A DNA stretch of 32,000 nucleotides from Erysipelotrichaceae bacterium. Its GTDB lineage: Bacteria > Bacillota_I > Bacilli_A > Erysipelotrichales > Coprobacillaceae. Where the stretch lies: positions 1 to 32,000 of the forward strand of contig JAQVDW010000018.1 in NCBI GenBank assembly GCA_028698185.1, read 5' to 3'. Position numbers and translations under genes: made by a program. The notes beneath the pieces are model-generated. The model did not search any database, was not told the origin of the DNA, and worked only from the letters and a program-made list of their open reading frames with translations. Within the stretch, counting starts at the first letter, position 1. Every line of letters starts with the position of its first letter. Of this stretch, positions 16,828 through 26,246 are shown piece by piece.

Positions 16828-17566
16828 CAGGCGGCTGCTTGATGATTCACTGCTAACTGGCAAGCTGACTTGGAATATGGTGGCCTATGGTTATCTTACC
16901 GGTGGGGCGATGTATTTTTTCTCGGCTCCGCTGATCGGCCAGTATCTCGCGGTCTTGCTGGTGGGCCATTACGGCAGCTACAGTTTGCTTTTGGGCGTGT
17001 TGAACCTGCTGTTCCAGGCGATCATGCTTGTGACCATGGTTGCCATTTTGAAGGATTTCATCATCGAGAGTGTCCGCCACTTTTCAAAAGGGTGGAAAAC
17101 CGAGCTGCTCTGGGGATTTAGTGTCGGCTTTCCGATGATGTTTATCACCAACTCCTTGCTGGGTGGCCTGGTGACCCTGTTCATCTCGAACGAGAGTGCC
17201 AATGAGGCGGCGATAACCCAGCAGGCCCAGAGCAATTTCGCCTTGATTGCGGTGACCACAATCATTCTGGCACCTGTGGTCGAGGAACTTTTCTTCCGGG
17301 GGATTATTTTCCGTTCTTTTTCGCGGTACAATGTCGTCCTGGGGATGGTTGTCTCGTCGCTGTTTTTTGGCTTCGTCCATATCTACCAGGCCTTGCTGGC
17401 GGGCGATGTCTCGCAGCTTTATTACCTGATCCAATATGGCGGGATGGGCCTGGTGCTTGCCTGGGTGTACGTCATCCGGCGCAATATTCTGAGTGCAATC
17501 TTCGTCCATCTGCTCAACAACGCCATCTCGATGGTCATATTGTGGATATCGTTTGGATTGTTGTGA
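16820..17566 (+). CDS. CPBP family intramembrane glutamic endopeptidase (CAAX protease / Abi-type)
   Basis: The motifs EELFFRG, FGFVH and HLLNN occur in the canonical order. The gene overlaps the upstream gene by 8 nt. Confidence 0.85.
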   Translation: MTDRRLLDDSLLTGKLTWNMVAYGYLTGGAMYFFSAPLIGQYLAVLLVGHYGSYSLLLGVLNLLFQAIMLVTMVAILKDFIIESVRHFSKGWKTELLWGFSVGFPMMFITNSLLGGLVTLFISNESANEAAITQQAQSNFALIAVTTIILAPVVEELFFRGIIFRSFSRYNVVLGMVVSSLFFGFVHIYQALLAGDVSQLYYLIQYGGMGLVLAWVYVIRRNILSAIFVHLLNNAISMVILWISFGLL

Positions 17567-17576
17567 TAAATAAACT

Positions 17577-17608
17577 GGGAGTCTAATCCATTAGGCTTCC
17601 GTTTTTTT
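17577..17608 (+). terminator. Rho-independent terminator after the CPBP gene
   Basis: GGGAGTCTAA pairs with TTAGGCTTCC (17577-17600, including G-U pairs), followed by T7 at 17602-17608. Confidence 0.8.
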
Positions 17609-17638
17609 GTTCTATGACTGTAAATAGGTGAATAATTG

Positions 17639-17647
17639 TGATAGAAT
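17639..17647 (+). promoter_or_regulatory. Extended -10 promoter element of the jet operon
   Basis: TGATAGAAT matches the TGnTAnAAT extended -10 pattern. Only a weak -35 is visible. It lies downstream of the preceding terminator and about 30 nt upstream of the jetA ATG. Confidence 0.45.
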
Positions 17648-17676
17648 GAATGAAATATCGTGCCCGGGGGAATCGT

Positions 17677-19146
17677 ATGCAACTAGAACCAATCAAACAA
17701 ACATCATATCTGACCGCTTTGAACGCTCATCTTTATCGCAGGATCATGCGGATTGTCTATCTTGAGTCGACCCACTACAACTACCATCTCGATCTTGAAA
17801 AGATAATGGAAAAACTGGAAAACGACGAGTTCGAGGGCGCAATCGATGAGCCGGCCGTAAAAAACGCTCTTGACGCCCTGGTGGACTGGGGCAATCTTAC
17901 CGCCATCCAGGATGCCAAGCAGGTCAACACGATTGCCGAATTCAAGGCTCGCAAGTTCCGTTATTCGATCAGTGATATCGCCCTGGAGGTCGAACGGATG
18001 GTGATGAAAATCGAGAACCTGACCGTGAAAAGCAACAGCGCCTCGCTAGGCTACCTCAAGCGGCTGTACCAGGAATTCAAAAAGATTCTCACTCTGAGTG
18101 ACGCAAGTGAAATGCAGCTTCTGGAGTGGTGGGAGTATGTCGGGAATGATTTTGCGACCTTGAACCTGGTTTATAGCGACTACCTCCGTGATTTTTCCGG
18201 TGCCAAGTCGCAAAAGCTGATGCAGTCACTTGAATTTTTGCAACACAAGGAGTACTTCGTCAGGATGCTCAAGGATTTCGTGACCCAGCTGCAGATTTAT
18301 GCCATTGAGTTCGAGAAGATTCTGATAAGTCTTGACCCTAATTACGTCACCAGTCTCCTTGAGCGGATCGTAACCGCCCAGAAGAAGAATCCTTCTTCGC
18401 TTGGTGCTCTTGAATACACCGATGAAAAGTACCTGAGGGATGGGGTCTTTGGCCGTTACAGCGAGCTGCAAAGGTGGTTTGTCAAACTGCCGGGAAGCCC
18501 GAGCGAAGTTGAACAGATCATGGATCGCACCAACGTCATTATCCGCCAGATCATCCAGAATGCGGGGCTGATCATCGACTTCCATGAGGGCATAATATCC
18601 AAGAAGGATGATTACCGCCATTACCTGAAACTTTTTGGCCGGATATCCGATCTTGGTGAGGCCCATAAGCTGGCGGCCCATCTTTTCGGGGTCCATGATA
18701 TCCGTCATTACCAGACCAATGCGCCAAGACTGAGTGAAAGCAGTGCGATTTCGACCTTCGCCGAGGCACCTCAGGTTTTCGAAGTCAAACCGATGACCCG
18801 CAAATACCGGATCAAGCAGGAAAAAATCACCCTGGTGGACCGGTCACTCGAAAAGCAGCTGCAGATCCAGGCGCATCAGGCGATGATTGCCAGCCAGATC
18901 AAGATCGCCAACACCTACATCAAAGCCAAACGGATCGACTTCAAGGATATCGTCGATGAGATATCGCCCGCGACCCGGTTGTTGCTGCTTTCGTGGGTTG
19001 CCAGTGCCAACGGCACAATCGACAAGGTCGGTACAAGCGAGTTTGGCCGACGCTTCAAACTAATGAAAATGGATGAGACCATCACATTGCGCTGCAGTGA
19101 CGGCGACTTGCAGATGCCCCGGTTCATCCTGGAATTCGAGGATTAA
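17677..19146 (+). CDS. jetA: Wadjet JetA (type II, DUF2397/TIGR02677-like)
   Basis: The product is 489 aa from ATG 17677 (RBS GGGGGA). The alternative ATG at 17650 would lie at or before the predicted transcription start. The N-terminus (TSYLTALNAHLYRRIMRIVYLE) resembles the TIGR02677 signature as I recall it. It is the first gene of a coupled four-gene SMC-like operon. Confidence 0.75.
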   Translation: MQLEPIKQTSYLTALNAHLYRRIMRIVYLESTHYNYHLDLEKIMEKLENDEFEGAIDEPAVKNALDALVDWGNLTAIQDAKQVNTIAEFKARKFRYSISDIALEVERMVMKIENLTVKSNSASLGYLKRLYQEFKKILTLSDASEMQLLEWWEYVGNDFATLNLVYSDYLRDFSGAKSQKLMQSLEFLQHKEYFVRMLKDFVTQLQIYAIEFEKILISLDPNYVTSLLERIVTAQKKNPSSLGALEYTDEKYLRDGVFGRYSELQRWFVKLPGSPSEVEQIMDRTNVIIRQIIQNAGLIIDFHEGIISKKDDYRHYLKLFGRISDLGEAHKLAAHLFGVHDIRHYQTNAPRLSESSAISTFAEAPQVFEVKPMTRKYRIKQEKITLVDRSLEKQLQIQAHQAMIASQIKIANTYIKAKRIDFKDIVDEISPATRLLLLSWVASANGTIDKVGTSEFGRRFKLMKMDETITLRCSDGDLQMPRFILEFED

Positions 19147-19147
19147 G

Positions 19148-20257
19148 ATGATACCTAAAGAACTGCTTGAAAACTTCTGGGTCCTTAAAAGCGACGACCC
19201 CAAGAAGTTCTATCAGTTGAAAAGAGAACTGAAACAGTCGCAAAGCTTCATCAACAACCAGATCGGATGGAAAGTCATCGCCAATGACAATCTTCTCAAG
19301 ATTGAAAAGACACCTTATCGGGCTTCGGGCTATATGGGAATCACGGATTTCAACGATGTTGACGACTACCTTTTCCTGGTGGCCACCCTGATCTTCCTCG
19401 AGGACAAGGGGGTGCACGAGCAGTTTTTGCTTTCGCAGTATATTGAAGGGATTGAAGTGATTTTGGGTGACCTGATCGAGCTGGACTGGACGAGCTATTC
19501 GCGGCGCCGGACTTTGATCAGGGTTATGGAATACTGTCTCAACCTGGCCCTGCTTAAGGTCACCGACGGTTCGCTGGAAGGCTTCAAAAGCGGCGGCGAG
19601 GGCGAGGTGCTCTATGAGAACACGGGACTTTCGAAGTATTACCCGGTCAGCTTCAATTTCGATGTCACCAAGATTGAAGGGGTCGATGATCTGGTTGTGG
19701 TGTTGAATGATTCAACCGACACCGTGCGCAATAGCGTCTATCAACAGCTGATCACCAGCCCGGGGGTGACCTGGAGCTCGAGTGAGGATGTCTTTGGCAA
19801 ATATCTCAAGAACCAGCGGTTCAACATCCAGAAAAACATCGACCGCTTTCTTTCTGGTGAGTTGATGGTATTCAAGAACTCGGCCTACTTGATGGTCTCC
19901 AGTGATGATAAATATGGGACCCTCCATCCCAGCGGCAAATCGATAAGTTCGCTGGTGCTGTTTGTCCAGAAGCGGATCGTCGAGATGTGCAACAATGGCG
20001 AATTGAAGCTCTTGGTTGAGGATGTGATCGAGATGGGTGCCGGCGATTTTGGCAAGCTTGTTGTGGGCGTATACAATCAGGTTCTGCCGGGATTGTCGAG
20101 CGAGTACCGCAATATGGACATAAACAATGTGATCAAGGCGGTAGTCGCCTATATGGAGGGCTTCCATCTGATCGAACTAGATGGAGCAAAGATAATAATA
20201 CAAGGGGCAGTGGCCCGCCATGAGGGAAGTTACCCTTATGATTTTGTGGAGGAATAG
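19148..20257 (+). CDS. jetB: Wadjet JetB (type II, DUF2398/TIGR02678-like)
   Basis: The product is 369 aa. The ATG lies 1 nt after the jetA stop. Size and position match the second gene of the TIGR02677-80 cluster. No motif was recognised directly. Confidence 0.65.
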   Translation: MIPKELLENFWVLKSDDPKKFYQLKRELKQSQSFINNQIGWKVIANDNLLKIEKTPYRASGYMGITDFNDVDDYLFLVATLIFLEDKGVHEQFLLSQYIEGIEVILGDLIELDWTSYSRRRTLIRVMEYCLNLALLKVTDGSLEGFKSGGEGEVLYENTGLSKYYPVSFNFDVTKIEGVDDLVVVLNDSTDTVRNSVYQQLITSPGVTWSSSEDVFGKYLKNQRFNIQKNIDRFLSGELMVFKNSAYLMVSSDDKYGTLHPSGKSISSLVLFVQKRIVEMCNNGELKLLVEDVIEMGAGDFGKLVVGVYNQVLPGLSSEYRNMDINNVIKAVVAYMEGFHLIELDGAKIIIQGAVARHEGSYPYDFVEE

Positions 20258-23200
20258 ATGAAAGAAAGATGGCAGATGCATCGGATGGGACTGGTGAATT
20301 TCTGGTATTTCGACGACCAGGAGTTCGAGTTTGCCAATGGCAAGCTTTTGATCCGGGGCCAGAACGGTTCGGGAAAATCGATATCGACCCAATCCTTCAT
20401 TCCGTTCATATTGGATGGAAACAAGGCGCCTTACAGGCTGGATCCCTTTGGGTCCAAGGACCGGCGCATGGAATATTATTTCCTGCTTGACGGCAAGAAT
20501 GATGAATCGGCCGGCTATATCTGGCTTGAATTCAAGAAAACCGGTTCAGAGCAGTACCGCACCCTGGTAATCGGACAGCGGGCCCGCAAGAACAGCGACA
20601 TGCAGTTCTGGAGCGGGATAATTCTTGACAACCGGCGGATCAACCGAGATTTTCAGCTAAAAAAACGGCTTGGCGACTCTTGGCAGATTCTCACCAAACA
20701 GGAGTTCAAAAACGCGCTTGGGGATAGCAACTTCTACTCCGAGCGGGCGGTGGAGTACAAGGCGGCGGTCAACAAGCATGTTTTCGGGTTCGACCAGCTT
20801 GACCAGTACGACCAGTTCGTGGACCTGCTTATCAAGGTGCGGGCTCCAAAGCTTTCCAAGGAATTCAAACCGACCAAGATCTACGAGATCTACAATGAAA
20901 GTCTCCAGGTTTTAAGCGATAGTGATATCCTGCCGATGGTCGAATCGATGGAAGAAATCGACCGGACCCAGGCCAAGCTCGATGAATTCCAGGCGACCAA
21001 AAAGGCGCTTGACAATGTCGGTCGCGTCTACAATCTCTACAATCGCTATTACCTGGGGAAAAAGGCGCAAAACTACACCCGTTATCGCGACGAGTTCGAT
21101 GACCTTTCCAGCCGGCTCAAAGACGGTCAGGACCGGTTTGAAGCCAATCAGGAAGCGCTAATAGATATCGCTAAAAGAACCGATGAGCTAAACGGGGCCA
21201 ATGCCCTGTTGCAAACCGAAAGGGCTGCGCTCCCGCTTGATGACATCGAAGCCAAGATTGAAAGCTACAAACAGGCAAAAGGGGAAAAGCAGGCTCAGGT
21301 CCAGGAACTAAAGGCCCATCAAGGCAAGCTGGATGCCGCCTTGGCGGAAAAGGATGTCAAAATCACCCAGCGGCGCCAGCTTGAACAGGATGGCAGCGAC
21401 TGCGAGTATCGGGTTTTTAAAGGGATCAAAGAACTTGATGCGATCAACGAAATCGCAAAGCTGCCAGGCCACGAAAAGATCCGCCGAATGGAAAGTCAAC
21501 GTGATCTTCTGGGACACTGTGATGAGCTTGAAGGGGAATTGAACAAAGTTTCCAAGCGGGTCGACCAGGTTCTTGTCTGTCTTGACCGGCGCCATCAAGA
21601 ACAACTCCGGCGCGACGAGCTTGCGCAAAACCTCGGCCTGGTCAATGAACAGATTGCCAACTGCAACAGTCTTCTTGATGGCAAGACCCGGGAGATTGAA
21701 AACGTAAGGGACGAACTGATCAACGGATTCTATCGTTTCGCGCAGGGAAGTCCCGCCCTCGATATCACAAGCAGGCTTAATGATCTGGCCAATATCATCA
21801 GGGAATACCAGGGCTATGGCGATTTTAGAATGATTGACCGGATTTTGATCGAGCTCAAAAGCGACCAGGCGCTGACTTTGAACAAGTCGATAATGGAGAC
21901 ACGCTTCGCCTTGGACAACTACCGGAAGGACCGGGATCTGCTTAACCGGGAACTCATCGCCCTGATCCAAACACAGGATCTGACATTTCCGGTCTCCGAG
22001 CTGGTTGGCCAAGGGCGCAGGATCCTTGCGGATAACGGAATTGATTTTATCAGTGTCTATCAGGCCTTGGAATTCGACGAGTCGCTTACGGAAAAACAGA
22101 AGAACATAATGGAAGCCCAGCTGGTGGCAACCAATCTCATCGATGCCATCATCGTCAATTACGAAAACTATGAAAAGGCCCGGGAGCTTTTAAGGGGCAG
22201 CGACCAGGTCCTGGTGGCTCTTGAAAGTCAGGAGGGGACGGGGACGTTCTTTGTCAAGGGGGACCATCCCCGGTTTGAGCGGGAAATCGATGATTTCATC
22301 GCGATGTTCGCTTCCAAAGGCCGCTTCGAACCTGACGGCCATTACCGCCATGGGCTGATGGAAGGTTTCGTTTCCGACAAAAAAGAAAGTCTCTATGTGG
22401 GTGAAAAGTCGCGCAAGGCCAACCGGCTAAGGCAGATCGCTTCGATCGAAGCCAGTATGGCAAAGCTCGAGGAACTTGTGGAATCGACGACCCAGGAAAT
22501 AAAAAGGCTAGAACAGATTGGAGCGCAGCTTGAGGAAGACTATGCCAGCCTCCAGGTTTTTGCCGACCTCGACCGGCTGCTCGAAGAGCTTGACGCGCTT
22601 GAAGTCCAGCTGGTCCAGGCGACCCAAAAACAACAGGAGCTTTCAAATCAGGTGGAGCAAGTCAAGGCCCGGCTGGTAAAAATCAAGAACGAATTGCTTG
22701 GAGCGGCCAGCGATCTGCCATACCATCTGGAAAGTGCCATCTATCAGGATGTCAGGGAAAGTCTAAAAGACTATCAGACCACCTTGAACCAGATCCACCG
22801 CGAATTGCTGCTCTGGGGAACCAAGAACACCCAGGTGCAAACGATCGGCGAGGTGATTGACAAGATTGGGGAACAGGTTGATGAATACTACGATTTGACC
22901 CGCCAGCTGGAAAGCCGGATTGCCAAGAACACCACCATCATCGCGACCATCGAGAATTACCTGAATCAAGAGTCAACCAAAGAGCTCCATGGGCGGGTCA
23001 GAAAAATCGACGAAGCGCTGGAAGCCAATGGGATTGAAATTGAAAAACTTGACAGCCAGCGGCAACATTACCGGGAAGCGAATCTCCTGCTTGAACGGGA
23101 TATCGCCCTGATGGCCAGCCAGTTGGAAAAAGCGAAGGCTTATCTTGATCTTTCAAGAGAACTTTTTGTCCAGGAACTCGATCTAGGATATGTTCAAGGA

Positions 23201-24268
23201 ATCATGGGCAATATCGATGAACAGGCCAAAAAAGCGGGCAGTCTGCTCCAGCCAAATGAAGCGCAAAAGGGCGAGAATGAGCTGTTGCAATCGTTGAACG
23301 ACGCCCAGCGCAACAACTTCTCGGCTTTGACCAATTATGGCATCGCCACGGTTGAGCTGTTCAAAGCCAATGAATCCAACCTGATTTCCCTGCGTTATGC
23401 GATCATGCTCAAGTACCAGAACAAGACGGTCGATTTCTTCGAATTTTACGATAAGATCACCGAAACGATCGAGAACACCCAGCTGCTCATAGTGGAAAAG
23501 GACAAGGAACTATTCGAGAAGTTCTTCTCCGACGCCCTGGCCAACAAGCTGATCCGCAAGATCAACGACGCGAAAAGCTGGGTCAAGGACATGAGCGAGC
23601 TTATGGAGAATCTCAAGACGACATCGGCCATCTCGTTTTCACTGGCATGGAAGCCCAAAGCGGCTCTTTCCAGCGATGATCTCGCGACGCTAGAACTCGT
23701 CAGGCTGCTTGAAAGCGACCGGGAGATCCTGAGCTACGAGAATCTTAACGCCCTCTCGCAACATTTTTCCAAACGGATCAAGATGGCCAAACAGGAATAT
23801 CTTGAAAACGACATCCAGGAGTTCAACTACGGTGACCTGGTCCGCCAGGCCCTGGATTATCGGGAATGGTTCGAATTCTGCCTTTACTACAGACGGTCCG
23901 GAGCTGTCAAGAAGGAACTGACCAATTCGGCCTTCAATGTCCTTTCCGGGGGCGAGAAGGCGATGGCGATGTATGTGCCGCTGTTCACCGCGGTCAATGC
24001 CCAGTACAAGAAATCCGCGAAACCGGACTTCCCGCGCATCATCGCCCTTGATGAAGCCTTTGCCGGAGTCGACAGCGAGAATATCTCGTCGATGTTCGAT
24101 CTGGTGGAGAAACTGGATTTCGATTTCATCATGAACTCGCAGGTGCTCTGGGGCACTGATGGCGCAGTCAAGGAGCTGGCGATATCCGAACTGTACCGGC
24201 CGCTCAATTCCCAGGTTGTATCGACCATAAATTACCATTGGAACGGAAAGGTGAAGACGCTGTTATGA
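20258..24268 (+). CDS. jetC: Wadjet JetC, SMC/MukB-like ABC ATPase (TIGR02680-like)
   Basis: The product is 1336 aa. The N-terminus is RWQMHRMGLVNFWYFDDQEFEFANGKLLIRGQNGSGKS, with Walker A at nt 20357-20380. A long coiled-coil middle region follows. The signature LSGGEKAM is at about 23942 and Walker B IIALDEAFAGVD at about 24038-24073. The ATG directly follows the jetB stop. Confidence 0.88.
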   Translation: MKERWQMHRMGLVNFWYFDDQEFEFANGKLLIRGQNGSGKSISTQSFIPFILDGNKAPYRLDPFGSKDRRMEYYFLLDGKNDESAGYIWLEFKKTGSEQYRTLVIGQRARKNSDMQFWSGIILDNRRINRDFQLKKRLGDSWQILTKQEFKNALGDSNFYSERAVEYKAAVNKHVFGFDQLDQYDQFVDLLIKVRAPKLSKEFKPTKIYEIYNESLQVLSDSDILPMVESMEEIDRTQAKLDEFQATKKALDNVGRVYNLYNRYYLGKKAQNYTRYRDEFDDLSSRLKDGQDRFEANQEALIDIAKRTDELNGANALLQTERAALPLDDIEAKIESYKQAKGEKQAQVQELKAHQGKLDAALAEKDVKITQRRQLEQDGSDCEYRVFKGIKELDAINEIAKLPGHEKIRRMESQRDLLGHCDELEGELNKVSKRVDQVLVCLDRRHQEQLRRDELAQNLGLVNEQIANCNSLLDGKTREIENVRDELINGFYRFAQGSPALDITSRLNDLANIIREYQGYGDFRMIDRILIELKSDQALTLNKSIMETRFALDNYRKDRDLLNRELIALIQTQDLTFPVSELVGQGRRILADNGIDFISVYQALEFDESLTEKQKNIMEAQLVATNLIDAIIVNYENYEKARELLRGSDQVLVALESQEGTGTFFVKGDHPRFEREIDDFIAMFASKGRFEPDGHYRHGLMEGFVSDKKESLYVGEKSRKANRLRQIASIEASMAKLEELVESTTQEIKRLEQIGAQLEEDYASLQVFADLDRLLEELDALEVQLVQATQKQQELSNQVEQVKARLVKIKNELLGAASDLPYHLESAIYQDVRESLKDYQTTLNQIHRELLLWGTKNTQVQTIGEVIDKIGEQVDEYYDLTRQLESRIAKNTTIIATIENYLNQESTKELHGRVRKIDEALEANGIEIEKLDSQRQHYREANLLLERDIALMASQLEKAKAYLDLSRELFVQELDLGYVQGIMGNIDEQAKKAGSLLQPNEAQKGENELLQSLNDAQRNNFSALTNYGIATVELFKANESNLISLRYAIMLKYQNKTVDFFEFYDKITETIENTQLLIVEKDKELFEKFFSDALANKLIRKINDAKSWVKDMSELMENLKTTSAISFSLAWKPKAALSSDDLATLELVRLLESDREILSYENLNALSQHFSKRIKMAKQEYLENDIQEFNYGDLVRQALDYREWFEFCLYYRRSGAVKKELTNSAFNVLSGGEKAMAMYVPLFTAVNAQYKKSAKPDFPRIIALDEAFAGVDSENISSMFDLVEKLDFDFIMNSQVLWGTDGAVKELAISELYRPLNSQVVSTINYHWNGKVKTLL

Positions 24269-25545
24269 TCGAAGAGTGCGTAGCCTACTTCAAGGCGAAG
24301 CCGGAATTCGACCGGGTCTTCAAACTCATGAAAAAGCAGTGGGAGAAATACGGGCGGGCAGCCGGCTACATAATTCTCAAAGACCCGACTGCCAAAGAAA
24401 AGGAGGTCCTGGGCAAGTTTTTGCACCAGGATTATGGCTATCCCGCCGATCTGGCCAAGATCAGATTCAAGATGGTCTCCTTCCAGGAAGCACTGGAAAT
24501 AACCAGGTTCAAAAACCTCGATATCAAGGATATCCTTGACGCCTACTTCCGGATGGAAATATCGACGACCGGACACAAACGGATGGTCGCTCAAAAAAAG
24601 CAGGCTGATTTATTCGAGGCGCTGTCAAAACGGGTAAGCCACCCGTTGGTGGCAGATTGGTTCGATTGGCTGCGCCAATCCAGAACCAGTGGCTATATGT
24701 TGTTCAAGTCATGGGTCAAGGATGATGAAGATTCCGCCTGCCAGGCGATACAAGCGATCGACAGTGCGGTTGGCTGTCTTGATCGAAGTGCGTTTCCCTT
24801 GGCGGTTCTAGGGGCCCAGGTGACGGGCAATCCCCACTATTTCGACCGCAACACCAAGCCGGGGCGGCTGCTTATCAGCTGTTTGGGACATATCCATGGC
24901 GTCACAACCCCGAGTCACGCCCAGGGGATTTTGGAGCTGTATGTCCTGGCCAAAATAACCCCGGATGACATCTCGTCGAGTGTGGTCATCAAGAACATCG
25001 ACCTTTTTCAAGGGGACAAGATCCATCAAGGTGTTGCCGGATTCAATGAATTGAACGAGCCTTGTGTGGTGACTTTGGGCAACCTGGCGAACGTCAGTCA
25101 TGCTTCAAGCAAGCCCTGTGTGTTTGTGTTTGAAAACCAGATGGTCTTTTCATATCTGGCCAGCGAGCGACTCGATAACTGCTCCCTGGTGTGCACTTCG
25201 GGCCAGCTCAAGGTTGCGGCACTGAAGCTTTTCGAAATGCTCGACAGGAAAGTCAGGATCTTTTACAGTGGCGATTTCGATCCCGAGGGCCTGCAAATAG
25301 CCGACAAGCTATTGGGCCGTTTTCCCAATGTGACGCCGTGGGGGTTTAGTGAGGAGCTTTACTTCAAGGCGCTTTCAAGCGAGCCAATCAGCGATGTCCG
25401 CCTGAGCAAACTCGATTCCCTGGCCGACTCGCGCCTTAAACAATTGGGCAAGTCAATCAAGGACCATAAGTTGGCCGGTTACCAGGAAAACATCCTCGAT
25501 TTCTACCGTGAGGACATCGTCAAAAAAATGATGGAAAACAAGTGA
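24265..25545 (+). CDS. jetD: Wadjet JetD, Toprim-type nuclease subunit (DUF2399/TIGR02679-like)
   Basis: The product is 426 aa, and ATG 24265 overlaps the jetC stop (ATGA). The C-terminal Toprim motifs are VFVFENQMVF (Glu codon 25133-25135) and FYSGDFDPEGLQIA (DxD at 25273-25281). Confidence 0.8.
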   Translation: MIEECVAYFKAKPEFDRVFKLMKKQWEKYGRAAGYIILKDPTAKEKEVLGKFLHQDYGYPADLAKIRFKMVSFQEALEITRFKNLDIKDILDAYFRMEISTTGHKRMVAQKKQADLFEALSKRVSHPLVADWFDWLRQSRTSGYMLFKSWVKDDEDSACQAIQAIDSAVGCLDRSAFPLAVLGAQVTGNPHYFDRNTKPGRLLISCLGHIHGVTTPSHAQGILELYVLAKITPDDISSSVVIKNIDLFQGDKIHQGVAGFNELNEPCVVTLGNLANVSHASSKPCVFVFENQMVFSYLASERLDNCSLVCTSGQLKVAALKLFEMLDRKVRIFYSGDFDPEGLQIADKLLGRFPNVTPWGFSEELYFKALSSEPISDVRLSKLDSLADSRLKQLGKSIKDHKLAGYQENILDFYREDIVKKMMENK

Positions 25546-25588
25546 TGACCACCAGGCCAGACAAGGCAGGGTGGTCATCATCTTTTTT
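25543..25588 (+). terminator. jet operon terminator
   Basis: TGATGACCACC (25543-25553) pairs with GGTGGTCATCA (25570-25580), followed by a T-run at 25583-25588. Confidence 0.85.
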
Positions 25589-25731
25589 CGAATCCGGTGA
25601 CCGGGTCCCGAGACCGAAAAGCCTGTGAAATTGAATGAATTGTGTCAATTCCACCTGTTAGGTGCTATAATCTAATTAGCGACAGGCAGACGGGAATGCG
25701 ATTGCAACCAGCAATAAAAGGAGATGGATTT

Positions 25732-26190
25732 ATGGCGTACATCATGGAGATTGTCGAAACTTCGAAGCAGCCCGTTCTTGCGGTAAGGACAACGACTGCG
25801 GTTGAAAATCTGCCCAATATCGTCGGTCCGATCTACGATGAGATAGTGGGCTACATCATGGCAAATAAGCAGGAACCTCTGGGTCCGGCTTTTATCGCCT
25901 ATTACAACATGGATATGGAAAATCTCGACATCAAAATCGGCTTTCCGGTGGCCACAGCCCTGCCAGGCAACGACCGGATCGAGGCGGGTTTCATTCCGGC
26001 CGGGAAAAAGGCCACAACTTTCCACAAGGGATCTTATGGTGATGTCGGGGCGGCATACCAGGCTTTAAGCGAATACCTGGTCAAAGCCGGATACGAGGCG
26101 ACCGGAGTGGCTTATGAATATTACTACAATTCGCCTGGGGAAGTGCCTGACAGCGAATTGTTGACTAAGATCGAACTTTTGCTTAGATAA
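25732..26190 (+). CDS. GyrI-like / AraC effector-binding-domain small-molecule-binding protein
   Basis: The product is 152 aa from ATG 25732 (RBS AAAGGAGA). The pattern ...QPVLAVRTTTAVENLPNIVGPIYDEIVGYI...FIAYYN...IKIGFPV...FHKGSYGDVGAAYQAL is typical of the GyrI-like fold. Confidence 0.7.
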   Translation: MAYIMEIVETSKQPVLAVRTTTAVENLPNIVGPIYDEIVGYIMANKQEPLGPAFIAYYNMDMENLDIKIGFPVATALPGNDRIEAGFIPAGKKATTFHKGSYGDVGAAYQALSEYLVKAGYEATGVAYEYYYNSPGEVPDSELLTKIELLLR

Positions 26191-26220
26191 TACTTGTCCC
26201 TTTGCCTGTTTCATTCAATA

Positions 26221-26246
26221 AAAAAGCTCCCCGGCGGGAGCTTTTA
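26221..26246. terminator. Bidirectional terminator
   Basis: AAAAGCTCCC (26222-26231) pairs with GGGAGCTTTT (26236-26245) around the loop CGGC. It lies between convergent genes and overlaps the HAD gene stop. Confidence 0.8.
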
